NCBI GenBank assembly: GCA_900556405.1
Contig: USPB01000001.1
Span: 1-50,318 of the forward strand
Reading direction: 5' to 3'
Source: an uncultured Actinomyces sp.
Lineage (GTDB): Bacteria > Actinomycetota > Actinomycetes > Actinomycetales > Actinomycetaceae
Length of the DNA: 50,318 bases
Under the pieces are notes generated by a model. It saw nothing but the letters and a program-made list of their open reading frames with translations, searched no databases and was not told where the DNA came from. Shown here piece by piece: positions 8,162 to 17,754 of this stretch; positions within the stretch are counted from its first letter, which is position 1; every line of letters starts with the position of its first letter. Made by a program: the position numbers and the translations under genes.

Positions 8162-8177
8162 CGGTGTACGTACACCG
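8162..8177. promoter_or_regulatory. Perfect 16-bp palindrome, candidate operator
   Basis: CGGTGTACGTACACCG, ~25-40 bp upstream of the 8138 start codon. Confidence 0.45.
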
Positions 8178-8273
8178 CTTCAACTGACGAGACAGCTCAG
8201 AGATTCCGGCCTCTCCAGATGCCGTCTATACGTTCAGTATTGAAGCATATTGTCTGTGAGCGACGAGCGCTCA

Positions 8274-9482
8274 CTAATCCGCGTGATAGCGCGGGCTCGT
8301 CCCCAGGTGAGCCGGGTAGCCATAGGCATCCGAGTTCACCACGCGTTCGTCGAAGCCCCGGTAGACGTACTCGTCGTCGTTGAAGATTGCACGCGGATCA
8401 ACAACCCCGGCTGCATAGTCCTCAAAGTTATCGAAGGTCACGACGAGATCACCGCCCTTGTCTTCGAAGGGATTCGCGTCCCGATACTGTGTGGGGTCAG
8501 AAGCGAGGAGAGCCACCGGATCAACCTCACCGTAACCGGTTCGTTCATTCCATTGTCCACCGGATCCGCTGGCCGTGGCGGCGAGCGCCTGCAGGATCTG
8601 GTCTGATGTTATGTCGCTGCCAAAACCTGCCCACGCCAGCGCGAGAACACCGGCGATCAGAGGCGCGGAAAACGACGTTCCCGCGACCGTGTAGATACTA
8701 TTCGTGCTGGCCCTCCGCGCGACTCCCTCGCCGACAGCGACGAGGGACACACCATCACCCCAGTTCGAGTAGTCCGCGTATCGCCCATCCGTCTCGAGAG
8801 CGCCGGCACCAATGACACCACCCCACGTGCCGAGAACGTCGTCCGGATTGCGTTGTCCTTCGTTGCCCATCGATACGACGACCGGTACGCCTCGTACAAC
8901 GGCGCGGGCCACCGCCCAGCGCAACGACTCTGCATCGCTGCGGGCAAAGGACGTGGAGATAGAGATAATGTTCGCGCCGTCATTCAGCGCCTGTTCGATG
9001 AGGCCCGCTTGATCCGCGAGAGCATGCGAATTACTTCCGAGGGAGCAATCCGACCCGGCGTCTCGCTTGAGACCTGCCTGCGCGTAGCTATAAATCGTCG
9101 CGCCGGGGGCGACACCGAAGTCGGGAGCAACCAGAAACTGAGCGATATACGTCGCGTGATCGTTGGTCTCCTGATCTGTTTGAACGGTGCACGGGGTCTT
9201 GTCTTGAATGTCAGCACCCGCCAGCTCAGGAATCGAGGTGTCGATATACCCATCGATAACGGCGATGATCACGCCCTCTCCCGTGTATCCCTGTGCGTGC
9301 AGAGAGGCCAGAGAATAGCGCGAGTAATAGGCCTCGTCGGCAGCTGTAATCTGATGGTCCACCGCATGGGCAGGAGCCACGGGGACGACGGGCGCCACCA
9401 CGATGCCTGCCGCCAGCGCGCACGCCGACGCCATCACGCCCAGGGTGCGCAGGCCTCGCGACCAACGGAAAGAAAGGCTCAT
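8274..9482 (-). CDS. Secreted S8 (subtilisin/mycosin-like) serine protease, paralog 1
   Basis: Signal peptide ending APAHA; catalytic motifs IAVIDG, DHAT, SMGN, GTSFSAP; C-terminus HLGTSPRYHAD; no TM anchor. Confidence 0.9.
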   Translation of the reverse strand: MSLSFRWSRGLRTLGVMASACALAAGIVVAPVVPVAPAHAVDHQITAADEAYYSRYSLASLHAQGYTGEGVIIAVIDGYIDTSIPELAGADIQDKTPCTVQTDQETNDHATYIAQFLVAPDFGVAPGATIYSYAQAGLKRDAGSDCSLGSNSHALADQAGLIEQALNDGANIISISTSFARSDAESLRWAVARAVVRGVPVVVSMGNEGQRNPDDVLGTWGGVIGAGALETDGRYADYSNWGDGVSLVAVGEGVARRASTNSIYTVAGTSFSAPLIAGVLALAWAGFGSDITSDQILQALAATASGSGGQWNERTGYGEVDPVALLASDPTQYRDANPFEDKGGDLVVTFDNFEDYAAGVVDPRAIFNDDEYVYRGFDERVVNSDAYGYPAHLGTSPRYHAD

Positions 9483-9529
9483 GTTTTCTCCTCTTTCGTC
9501 ACTTCACTGACGCTGCCACCGCTAGGGCA

Positions 9530-10732
9530 CTATTGCTGGGCGTGATAGCGCGGGCTCGTGCCCAGATGGGCTGGGAATCCGTAGGCGCCAGAATCCACTA
9601 CCCGTTCGTCGATTCCTCGATAGACGTACTCGTTATCGTTGTATATGTCTTCGGGATCCACGAGGCCATCAACATAATCGTCGATGTCGTCGGAAGTCAG
9701 CACGGGATCGTTACCCTTGTCTTCAAAGGGGTTCTCATCCGGGTACTGCGTCGGGTCAGAGGCAAGGAAGGCCACGGGGTCGATCTCCCCGAAACCGGTC
9801 CGATCGTTCCATTGACCGCCCGAGCCGCGAGCCGTGGCAGCCAGTGCCTGCAGAATCTGCCCCGACGGCACATCACCATCGAAGCCGTTCCATGCCAGGG
9901 CCAGGACGCCGGCAATCAGCGGCGTCGAAAACGAGGTCCCTTCGACCGTCTTCAGCTGATTGGTGCTGGCCTCACGCGCGTAGAACTGCCCGACGGCGGC
10001 GATGGAGACTCCGTCACCCCAGTTGGAGTAGTCCGCGTATTGTCCGTCGGTTGCGAGCGCAGCGGAGCCAATCACACCGGCGAAGGGTCCCATGGTATCG
10101 GACGCGTTGTACTCGCCGTCGTTACCCATTGATACAACAACGGGAACGCCTGCTGCTACCGCGCGGGAAACCGCCCACCGCAGCGATTCCTCGTCGGCCT
10201 CGTTGTAGGAGGATGTGATAACGATGATGTTCGCGCCGTCGTTGAGCGCCTGCTCGATGAGACTCGGCTTGCGCGCCAGAGCGGCCGAATTGGATCCGAG
10301 GGCACAGTCCGAATCCACGTCCCCCCAGTCGTCCGCGTACGCGTAGTTGTAGATCGTCGCGCCGGGAGCGACCCCGAAGTCGGGCGCAACCAGGATCTGG
10401 GCGACTTCGGTCGCGTGATCGTCAGACTCCGCGTCATTGGTGACCTCACAGGGGGTCTTGTCCTGGATGTCTGCACCCTGAAGTTCGGGGATTGAGGCGT
10501 CGATATGACTGTCGATAACAGCAACGATGACGCCGTCGCCGCGATACCCGCGTGCGTGCAGGTCAGCCAGTGAATAGCGGGAATAGTAGGCCTCGTCGGA
10601 TGCCTGTACCTTGTGAGAATCCGCGTGCGCGGCCGGTGAAGGAGCCACCAGCGTGCCCACCGCGAGAAGGCAGGCCGACACCGTCACGCACAGGGCGCGC
10701 AGGCGTTGGAAACGATTAACCAATGGCGTCAT
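9530..10732 (-). CDS. Secreted S8 serine protease, paralog 2
   Basis: Signal peptide ending AAHA; VAVIDS, DHAT, SMGN, GTSFSTP; C-terminus HLGTSPRYHAQQ; clear tandem paralog of 8274-9482. Confidence 0.9.
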   Translation of the reverse strand: MTPLVNRFQRLRALCVTVSACLLAVGTLVAPSPAAHADSHKVQASDEAYYSRYSLADLHARGYRGDGVIVAVIDSHIDASIPELQGADIQDKTPCEVTNDAESDDHATEVAQILVAPDFGVAPGATIYNYAYADDWGDVDSDCALGSNSAALARKPSLIEQALNDGANIIVITSSYNEADEESLRWAVSRAVAAGVPVVVSMGNDGEYNASDTMGPFAGVIGSAALATDGQYADYSNWGDGVSIAAVGQFYAREASTNQLKTVEGTSFSTPLIAGVLALAWNGFDGDVPSGQILQALAATARGSGGQWNDRTGFGEIDPVAFLASDPTQYPDENPFEDKGNDPVLTSDDIDDYVDGLVDPEDIYNDNEYVYRGIDERVVDSGAYGFPAHLGTSPRYHAQQ

Positions 10733-10862
10733 TATTGTCGTTCCTCTCGGTGAATCGGGTGGGTGGGGGCGACCTGCGCCGTGTCAGCGGACGGCAGGGC
10801 GCGCGAGACGCGAGGGCGCAGTGACCAGAGCTACGACACCAGCGCTCCTGCGGCGCCTCGCC

Positions 10863-12287
10863 TCACGACAGGTCTTCGTCTGGCTCTTCGACGACCGCGG
10901 GCCTGCCGCGCAGGTGCGACAGGATCACGAGGCCGGCGATCATGGCGACACCGAGCACGGCGATCGCGGAGACGATGTAGGCGCGGACCGTCAGGTTGTT
11001 ATCCCGTTGCGTCAGGTTCGGCGAGGCGACAGCGGGGCGGGCGGGGGCGGGATGCTCAGCCGCGTTGGGGTGCGCTGGCCCGTATCTCGTGCCGATGTCG
11101 GTGAAGGTCAGCGCGTCAAAGGGGGCGACGATCCCCCACCCGAGCCCATCGGTGCGTTGGTCGGCGGTGCCGCGTACGGCTGTCACCTCCAGGCGGTACT
11201 TCCACATCTCGGGTCCCTCGTCCGGGTACGCCGACGCGATGAGCGCCGCGAAACCTGCGGCGTAGGCGGTCGCATAGGAGGAGGAGGGCATCGGCTGGTC
11301 GCCCTGGTATCCGCCGACGAGGCAGTCGGCCTGGTTGAACCATGTCGTGAGGATGACGCCGGCTGGAACAGCGATCCCGACGTGCGAACCGTGCACCTGC
11401 TGGTCGGAGGCTGACCCGTCAGCGTTCGAGGCCGTCACGCCGAGGACGCTCTCGTAGGCGGCCGGATACACGACCTTGTTTTGCTCCTGCCCCTGGTACA
11501 CGTTGCCGGTCGAGGCCACGACGAGGGCACGGCCGCGCACGGATCGGATTGCCGCTTCGAGGTTCGCGTCGCCCTCGGCCGCCGACTGGGCGACGACGAT
11601 GATTTGCGCGCCATGGTCGGCAGCCCACTGGATGCCTCTGCCGACCTTGGACATGAAGGTCTCTTCGCCTTCCTTCGTCGAAGTATCCTGCTCGAGGCCA
11701 GTGTCCACGCGGACGGGAAGAATCGTCGCCTCGGGGGCGACGCCGATGAGGCCAGAGTTCTTTGACTCGGGCAGTTCGCGGGCAGCAATCGCGCCGGCGA
11801 TCGCGGTCCCATGCTCGCCGACGTCGACGCGCCCGTCGGTGTTTTCGCCACTCAGATCCACGCCGGGGAGCACCACGGGGCCGTCGGAGGACTGAAAGTG
11901 TTCATTGCCTGCGGCCACACCCGAGTCGACGATGGCGACAGTCACGCCCTTGCCGCGGGAAATCTCCCACGCGCGCCGCACGCCCACGGCATCGAAGATC
12001 TCGGGCTGGTTCTTAATGTACGACGGCGAGTTCTCGGAGCATTTCCCGTCCCCTGAGTCGGCCGGGGTGGTCGGCGTCGGGGAGGGAGATGCAGTCGGGG
12101 TGGGACGCACACTCGGCGTCGGCACCGGGTCGGCGTGCGCGGGGGCCGGGCCAAACGCGCCCCCAGCCCCGGCCTCGTCCGAGGGGGTGAGGGGGGCGAC
12201 CAGGGCGGCGAGCGTCAGGCCGGCGATCAGGGATGCCCCGACGAGGCCTCGGCCCAGCGCCCAGGATCTGGCACGTATGCGGATCAC
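10863..12287 (-). CDS. mycP: Mycosin (T7SS membrane-anchored S8 protease)
   Basis: VAIVDSGV, EHGTAIAG, GLIGVAPEATILPVRV, STGN, SSSYAT; C-terminal TM helix (YIVSAIAVLGVAMIAGLVIL). Start set at GTG 12287, which overlaps the eccB stop (GTGA). Confidence 0.85.
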   Translation of the reverse strand: MIRIRARSWALGRGLVGASLIAGLTLAALVAPLTPSDEAGAGGAFGPAPAHADPVPTPSVRPTPTASPSPTPTTPADSGDGKCSENSPSYIKNQPEIFDAVGVRRAWEISRGKGVTVAIVDSGVAAGNEHFQSSDGPVVLPGVDLSGENTDGRVDVGEHGTAIAGAIAARELPESKNSGLIGVAPEATILPVRVDTGLEQDTSTKEGEETFMSKVGRGIQWAADHGAQIIVVAQSAAEGDANLEAAIRSVRGRALVVASTGNVYQGQEQNKVVYPAAYESVLGVTASNADGSASDQQVHGSHVGIAVPAGVILTTWFNQADCLVGGYQGDQPMPSSSYATAYAAGFAALIASAYPDEGPEMWKYRLEVTAVRGTADQRTDGLGWGIVAPFDALTFTDIGTRYGPAHPNAAEHPAPARPAVASPNLTQRDNNLTVRAYIVSAIAVLGVAMIAGLVILSHLRGRPAVVEEPDEDLS

Positions 12288-13735
12288 GACAGCCCCGCTG
12301 AGGTAGCAGCCGCCTGAGGCGTCAACTCCGATCCGGGGGGAATGATATTGCCCCACGCCTGCGGGATCATCGCAACGTCATCCGATGTCCACCCGAGGGC
12401 CTTGAGCGAGACGGCGGGAGCATCGCCAAGCGAATGTCGGTACCCCATATCCGAAATGAAAACGTAGGCACCGGCATCGCCACCGCCCGCCGTCAGGGAC
12501 GCGACGACCCCGGAACCGCCGGCCACGGTGACCGTGCGCGACGTCGTCGGACCACCCGTCGCAGAGACCGATTCAGGGTCGTAGGAGGCCTGGATGGCGC
12601 GCTGCTCCTTCATGGTGTACAGGCCAAATTGCGGAACAGCCTTGTCCTTCGTGTCCATCTTGGTGCACAGGACGGTGCGGCTGGCCGCGTCAAGCTTGTC
12701 GTCCTTCCACTCCGGGTTCGCGAAGTCATCGACGGCGGGCCAGTCCTCGCCGATGAAGTCGGCCTGCACGGGCGCGACGTCCTTGAACATTTCCGTCGGA
12801 TACTGCTCAACCTTCGGTGCGTCCTGGTAGAGCTTGGCCGCAGTTGAATTGAAGACGGCCAAATCGGAGTCGTTGATGACCAGATAGGAGTTGAGGACCT
12901 CGCCATTGGAATTGATCTGTTCGACGACCGTGCCGATCGTCAGGTTCTCATTCTTGAGTGGGCCCGGCAGATTCCTCGCGGGCTCGCCCGCGTTGGGGAT
13001 GTCGCTGTAGCTCCACGGCTTCAAACGCGTGCCGGAGGGGAAGAGGTCGAGCCACTCGGGTTCGACGATGATCGGGTACGCCGTCCTGTTCTGGAAGGAC
13101 AGGACCCAGTCGCCCAGGCGGCTCACGGAGGCGTCAATAAGGTACTTCTTGTGGGTCTTCGCGTCGATGAAGTACTTGTCCTCGCTGCCCACCGCCTGCA
13201 CGAGGGCCGCGGTGGCGGGCTGAAGCGGGAAGTTATCCGTCGGCAGGTCCTGGGCGATCCACGTGTGGTAACTGGTCGGCAGGTCGCAGGAGAGCCACGT
13301 CGAGGCAAGGTCTGCGGATGCAGGCACGTCGTCTGGGACGCCGGGCAGGCCGATCTGGGCACCGCGCGGGGTGTCCTTGAGGGACGAGGCACTGGCACTG
13401 ACGATCGTCAGGCCGGAGTCTCCCGCGAGAAGCTTCGCGGTCGTCACGTTGCTGATCGGGTGTAGCACGCCGTTCACTGACAGGTAGCGCGCGCCCGTGT
13501 CCTTGACGTCGACCAGCTTGTAGTTAGCGTCCGTCAGGTCTGGTTTAGCTGCGAAGCTCCGCAGGGCGATGCCGATGACGCACACAATGATGGCGACGAC
13601 GGCGCCGAAGATGAGAGGCCGCACCGGGGAGGGAGTGTCGACCTCGCGGCCGCCAGGGGTACCCGACGTAAAGGCCGTGATCAGACGGTTTCGGTTGAAG
13701 CGTTGGGCTTCGAGGATATCTTTACTGGTCGGCAT
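12284..13735 (-). CDS. eccB: Type VII secretion protein EccB
   Basis: MPTSKDILEAQRFNRNRLITAF N-terminus, single TM, LHPISNVTTAKLL and PRGAQIGLPGVPD motifs. Confidence 0.92.
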   Translation of the reverse strand: MPTSKDILEAQRFNRNRLITAFTSGTPGGREVDTPSPVRPLIFGAVVAIIVCVIGIALRSFAAKPDLTDANYKLVDVKDTGARYLSVNGVLHPISNVTTAKLLAGDSGLTIVSASASSLKDTPRGAQIGLPGVPDDVPASADLASTWLSCDLPTSYHTWIAQDLPTDNFPLQPATAALVQAVGSEDKYFIDAKTHKKYLIDASVSRLGDWVLSFQNRTAYPIIVEPEWLDLFPSGTRLKPWSYSDIPNAGEPARNLPGPLKNENLTIGTVVEQINSNGEVLNSYLVINDSDLAVFNSTAAKLYQDAPKVEQYPTEMFKDVAPVQADFIGEDWPAVDDFANPEWKDDKLDAASRTVLCTKMDTKDKAVPQFGLYTMKEQRAIQASYDPESVSATGGPTTSRTVTVAGGSGVVASLTAGGGDAGAYVFISDMGYRHSLGDAPAVSLKALGWTSDDVAMIPQAWGNIIPPGSELTPQAAATSAGLS

Positions 13736-13738
13736 AGC

Positions 13739-15100
13739 TCAGCCCCACATGTAGACGGCCAAGGGAATCAGGGCAAAAAGCGACAGCACCGAGATAGTGT
13801 CGGCGAGTCGCGTCAGGTGCGGACGCGCACGAGGCCCGACGACGTTCGTGATGACGAGCACGAGGGCAGCCGCAATTGCTGCGAGGGCCACCCACGCCAG
13901 CATCGTTGGTTCCGCGCGGGTGGCGAGGCTCGCGGTGATCAGGATCGTCACCAGACCCGTGAGAACACCGAGGAGGACCTCCACGCGCGCGCGAATCGAG
14001 CGGGTTTGGAGGATCAGGGAGATCGATCCGAGGAAGACGAGGATCATCGGGAGGAGCACTGAACGGGTGCCGGGCGCACTCATCAACGAGACCGCGAGGA
14101 AAATCGCTGCCAGCGCCCCGCCCGCGCGCAAGGCGACGACGAAGACGAAGGAAGTGCCGACCTGGTCGGTGATCGTTTGGGCGGGAATCTGCTCGGTCGT
14201 GTTCGCGTCGAGGATACGCACGGGAATGTGTGCCAGGGCAATCCACGGCGCCATCTGGAGGAGGACGACCACGAAAGCGAAGAGGGCAGCGGAGACGCCG
14301 ACCTGTGAGAGGGAACCGAGAGAGACCAGGAGACCCGTCGTCGCTATCACCGTACCGAGGACGAGGGGTGCCACGATCGAGATGCGGTAACGCTTGGGCA
14401 GTGTGAGGATCGCGAGCGAGCCGACAAGGAGGCCGACACCGATCCAGATCCACCCGGCGGTGTCCCACTGGCTCTGCGTGAGACGAAGCGCGGACGCGCA
14501 GGTCAGAAGGGGCACTGTGTGCGCCAGCGCGATGCCGCTGGGCCGGGGGCTCTGGCGCGTGACGACAGCCGACGTGCCGGTGACGAGGAGGGCAGCGATG
14601 ATGCCGATGACGCCGTAGACGCGGTTGAGCAGCGTGATGCGCTGGGGGTCCAAGGATGCGAGGGCATCCGGGGGCGTGGTCGCCAGGAGGAGGGCGGCAA
14701 CGAAAATGAGGGCAGCGGCAGACAGCGCAGCAAGAATGCGAGCATCATCACGCGTCCAAGGGGTGGACACTCGTTCGACGACTTGACCGACCGCTTCAGT
14801 GAGGTCGTCGTAGACCATGTCGGCAGCGCCTTCACCAAGAGGCTCGAGCGTGAGGGCGGCTCCCGCACGCACACCCTGGGCAGACAGCGACTTCGACTGG
14901 TCCAGCAGACGACCTGACGCGGTCCTCACCGAGAAGCCATCATTTGTCGGCTGATCAGTGAAAGCACCAACGGTTTCAACCATTCCAGGCAACAGCTCCA
15001 CGAGAGGGATCGACTGCGGAATCGTCACGTCACTACGATCAACGCCATAGGTAATCGTGAGCGGAATCAGCGCCACTCCTCGAGATGTTTTCGTTGCCAT
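13739..15100 (-). CDS. eccD: Type VII secretion integral membrane protein EccD (copy 1)
   Basis: Ubiquitin-like N-terminus (DVTIPQSIPLVELLP...LLDQSKSLSAQGVRAGAALTL), YDDLTEAV linker, ~11 TM helices, ends LIPLAVYMWG. Confidence 0.9.
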   Translation of the reverse strand: MATKTSRGVALIPLTITYGVDRSDVTIPQSIPLVELLPGMVETVGAFTDQPTNDGFSVRTASGRLLDQSKSLSAQGVRAGAALTLEPLGEGAADMVYDDLTEAVGQVVERVSTPWTRDDARILAALSAAALIFVAALLLATTPPDALASLDPQRITLLNRVYGVIGIIAALLVTGTSAVVTRQSPRPSGIALAHTVPLLTCASALRLTQSQWDTAGWIWIGVGLLVGSLAILTLPKRYRISIVAPLVLGTVIATTGLLVSLGSLSQVGVSAALFAFVVVLLQMAPWIALAHIPVRILDANTTEQIPAQTITDQVGTSFVFVVALRAGGALAAIFLAVSLMSAPGTRSVLLPMILVFLGSISLILQTRSIRARVEVLLGVLTGLVTILITASLATRAEPTMLAWVALAAIAAALVLVITNVVGPRARPHLTRLADTISVLSLFALIPLAVYMWG

Positions 15101-15181
15101 ATGGTCCTCCCGTTTGCCGCGTGATGGGGATTCTAACTACACGACACAACCCTGTAAGTCTAGATTCTCGGTCAGCTTTTG

Positions 15182-15216
15182 TCATGATTTTTCCGTAACA
15201 TCAAAAATAATCATGA
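15182..15216. promoter_or_regulatory. AT-rich inverted repeat in the divergent eccD/esx promoter region
   Basis: TCATGATT-N19-AATCATGA, followed by a TAGTAT -10-like hexamer at 15226-15231. Confidence 0.45.
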
Positions 15217-15295
15217 AAACATGGTTAGTATTCATACGTCCCCATGCTCTCACGCATCCCCGCGGGAGAGTCCACTCATACAAATGGAGGTTCAC

Positions 15296-15601
15296 ATGGC
15301 AGACCAGAGGGCCGCAGACGGCGCCCTGAAGCAGGGTTACACAGCGGTTGAGTCCACCAAGACCGAAATCGACGGCCACCTCAGCCGTCTTGAGGGCGAC
15401 CTGTCGACCATCGGCAGCTCCTGGCAGGGCGCTGCGGCGACGCAGTTCCAGACGCTGATGAATCAGTGGCATGAGAACGCTGCCAAGGTTAACCGGGCTC
15501 TTCAGGATCTCGCTGATAACCTGCACGCCACCGATTCGTCGATGTCACACAACGAGGCCGAGACCGAAAACTCGTTCTCCAGCCTGGCCGGCGGACTGTG
15601 A
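15296..15601 (+). CDS. WXG100-family secretion target (EsxB-like)
   Basis: 101 aa with central SSWQGAAA; RBS GGAGG before ATG 15296; first of a tandem pair. Confidence 0.93.
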   Translation: MADQRAADGALKQGYTAVESTKTEIDGHLSRLEGDLSTIGSSWQGAAATQFQTLMNQWHENAAKVNRALQDLADNLHATDSSMSHNEAETENSFSSLAGGL

Positions 15602-15627
15602 GAGATTAGGTAGATTAGGAGACTGAT

Positions 15628-15909
15628 ATGGATTTCCAGGTAAACTACACCGCGCTTGACAGCGCCGCCGCTGACATCAAAACCGGTGCCAATAACCTGC
15701 AGAACTGCCTCGACGACCTCGAGCAGACGCTGAACCAGCTGCGCTCGAATTGGGAAGGCAAGACACAGGAAGCCTACGACGAGGCTCAGCGTCGTTGGAA
15801 CCAGGGCCTCACGGGCCTGAAGGACGTGCTGAACCGTACCTCCAGCGCTGTCGACGCCGCTCGCTCCAACTACCAGACGACGGACCAGTCCAACGCTGCC
15901 CGCTTCTGA
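15628..15909 (+). CDS. WXG100-family secretion target (EsxA-like)
   Basis: 93 aa with NWEG motif and a C-terminal YxxxD secretion motif (YQTTD); RBS AGGAG. Confidence 0.93.
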   Translation: MDFQVNYTALDSAAADIKTGANNLQNCLDDLEQTLNQLRSNWEGKTQEAYDEAQRRWNQGLTGLKDVLNRTSSAVDAARSNYQTTDQSNAARF

Positions 15910-15934
15910 GAGCATGAGCGCCTAGCGCTCTGGG

Positions 15935-15966
15935 AAGGGCCGCCCCGCATGGGGCGGCCCTTTTCT
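15935..15966 (+). terminator. Intrinsic terminator after the esx pair
   Basis: AAGGGCCGCCCC-GCAT-GGGGCGGCCCTT followed by a T-rich tract. Confidence 0.9.
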
Positions 15967-16005
15967 GTTTCGTGCGCATTGTTTCGTGCGCTTTGTATCG
16001 TGCGC
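15966..16005. repeat. 14-bp tandem repeat x3
   Basis: TGTTTCGTGCGCAT / TGTTTCGTGCGCTT / TGTATCGTGCGC. Confidence 0.8.
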
Positions 16006-16214
16006 CCGTCTTGCCGGGCCCGCCTCTACTCGCATCTGGCATTCGGTGCGCGCACTGCGCGATTGCTCGACCGCTGGATCAACGTCGCTCGGGCCCGGCG
16101 CAATTTTCCGTCCGGTTGAATTACCTATGTGCCAGGCAGCAGAAAACCGCCCTTTCCTTCGAAGGGGACAGCGGCGGGAGGCATCCAACTGAACAAACTC
16201 CAACACTCACGCCC

Positions 16215-16327
16215 GGGGTCAGAGCCGCGTGCAGGGCGCGGAGTCAGAGCCGCGTGCAGGGCGCAGGGTCAGAGCCGCGTGCAGGACCAGGGGTCAGAGC
16301 CGCGTGCAGGGCGCGGGGTCAGAGCCG
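16215..16327. repeat. 25-bp tandem repeat x4.5 (intergenic VNTR)
   Basis: GGGGTCAGAGCCGCGTGCAGGGCGC units at 16215, 16240, 16265, 16290 and a partial unit at 16315. Confidence 0.92.
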
Positions 16328-16356
16328 GGAGTGAGACCGGGACGCGCAAGTCGGAG

Positions 16357-17754
16357 TCAGCGCGCAGAATCCGCGTCAGCGTGGACGATCGTGGCGCGAC
16401 GTTCACCCATGAGGATCTCGGTGCCCGCAGGGACCTCAACGGCCTGACCGCCGGTCAACGCGGTGATACGCCCGTCGGGGGTGCGGATCTGCGTGCCGTT
16501 CGCGGAGAACGAGTCCTCAATCCACGCCCCACTTGCTGTGGGACCCACGCGCATGTGCGTGCGCGACAGGGACACCGTCGTATCGGGCACGACGACAGCG
16601 CGCGACCCTTCGACGGCTGCAGGTGCCCGCCCCAGGGTGAGCGGCATGTCGATGAGCTCACGCTGGCCCGAGTCGAAAATGAGCCACAGGAGCTGCGCGC
16701 GCGGCGGCGTCGCGGGCGCGCCCCACTGGGACTGGCCGGCGCCTCCCCACTGCCCCTGGGGGCCGGCGGCGCGCTGGGCAGCCTGCACGTCGCGACGACT
16801 CGGTGGCGGTCCAGGCACGCCCGAGGCCGGGGCCTGGTACTGCACCGGAGCAGAGTACGGGGGCTGAGCGGGTTCCTGGCGCGCGGGCCCACCCCAGCCG
16901 TCCTGGGGCGCGGGCGACGCGGAGGGCGCGGGCGACGCGGAGGGCGCAGGCACCGCCGGGGGCTGCTGGGCTGGTACCTGTGCGGGCGTGGGCCGCTGGG
17001 GTGCCGGACGATGAGTCTCGGGCGCGCCCTGAGGTGGTGCGAGGAGTGCATCGAACTGCGTGGGCTCGTGAGCGGCGGGCGCGGACGGGAGCGGCGCCGC
17101 CGGAACCTGCGCGGCAGCGGGCGCAGCCGGAACCAAGGGAACACTCGGCGCCACTGGCGCACTGTAGGGATCGTTCGCTCGCTGACCGGGAGCCGAGTAG
17201 TCGGGCATGGACGAAGGAACGGGAGTCAGCGGGGCATTCGGCGCATCCCACTGACCCGCACCTGCCTGCACGCCCTCGAAGCCGCTGGGCGCCTGGCCGG
17301 GGCGGGGATCATCCACCGCCTGTCCGGGACCCGCAGCGAGGGCCGCGTGTGTGCGCAGGTCGACGAAACGCGTATGCGTGGGCCCATTGAGCCACGTGCG
17401 CCCATCATGGACCATCGCGTACGAGGCCAGCAGACCCACAACCGTCAGCTGAAGCAGCGCACTCAAGGCCGTGTAGCCCATGGCCGCTCCCAGCGAAGGA
17501 GTCTGGGCGTCATCCTCGTCTCGAATGAGGCACACGCGCATGAGGGCCATACCCGGGGTCCGCCCCGACACCCCCAGCATGACGCCGGAGGCAACCACGG
17601 CCTCGGCGATGATCAGACCGACCGTCACCGGCGTGAAATAGACGAACCACGTCACCCCCACCAGCGCCCCGAGGACCAGCAGGTCGATGACGTACGCGCC
17701 GACGAGCCGCGAGGCGGTCGCGCAGGCGAAAGGAGTCTTCGTGGTGTCACCCAT
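16357..17754 (-). CDS. RDD-domain membrane protein with Pro-rich linker and C-terminal FHA domain
   Basis: RLVGAYVID...GRTPGMALMRV (RDD); LTLGRAP...SLSRTHMRV...IEDSFSANGTQI (FHA GR, SxxH and NGT motifs). ATG 17754 overlaps the upstream stop (TAATG) and has a GGAGG RBS. Confidence 0.87.
   Translation of the reverse strand: MGDTTKTPFACATASRLVGAYVIDLLVLGALVGVTWFVYFTPVTVGLIIAEAVVASGVMLGVSGRTPGMALMRVCLIRDEDDAQTPSLGAAMGYTALSALLQLTVVGLLASYAMVHDGRTWLNGPTHTRFVDLRTHAALAAGPGQAVDDPRPGQAPSGFEGVQAGAGQWDAPNAPLTPVPSSMPDYSAPGQRANDPYSAPVAPSVPLVPAAPAAAQVPAAPLPSAPAAHEPTQFDALLAPPQGAPETHRPAPQRPTPAQVPAQQPPAVPAPSASPAPSASPAPQDGWGGPARQEPAQPPYSAPVQYQAPASGVPGPPPSRRDVQAAQRAAGPQGQWGGAGQSQWGAPATPPRAQLLWLIFDSGQRELIDMPLTLGRAPAAVEGSRAVVVPDTTVSLSRTHMRVGPTASGAWIEDSFSANGTQIRTPDGRITALTGGQAVEVPAGTEILMGERRATIVHADADSAR

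Noticed and set aside
10733..10862. Signal-peptide-like relic (RRRRSAGVVALVTA) between mycP and S8 paralog 2
   Set aside because: No clear start and too short to distinguish from chance in GC-rich DNA.
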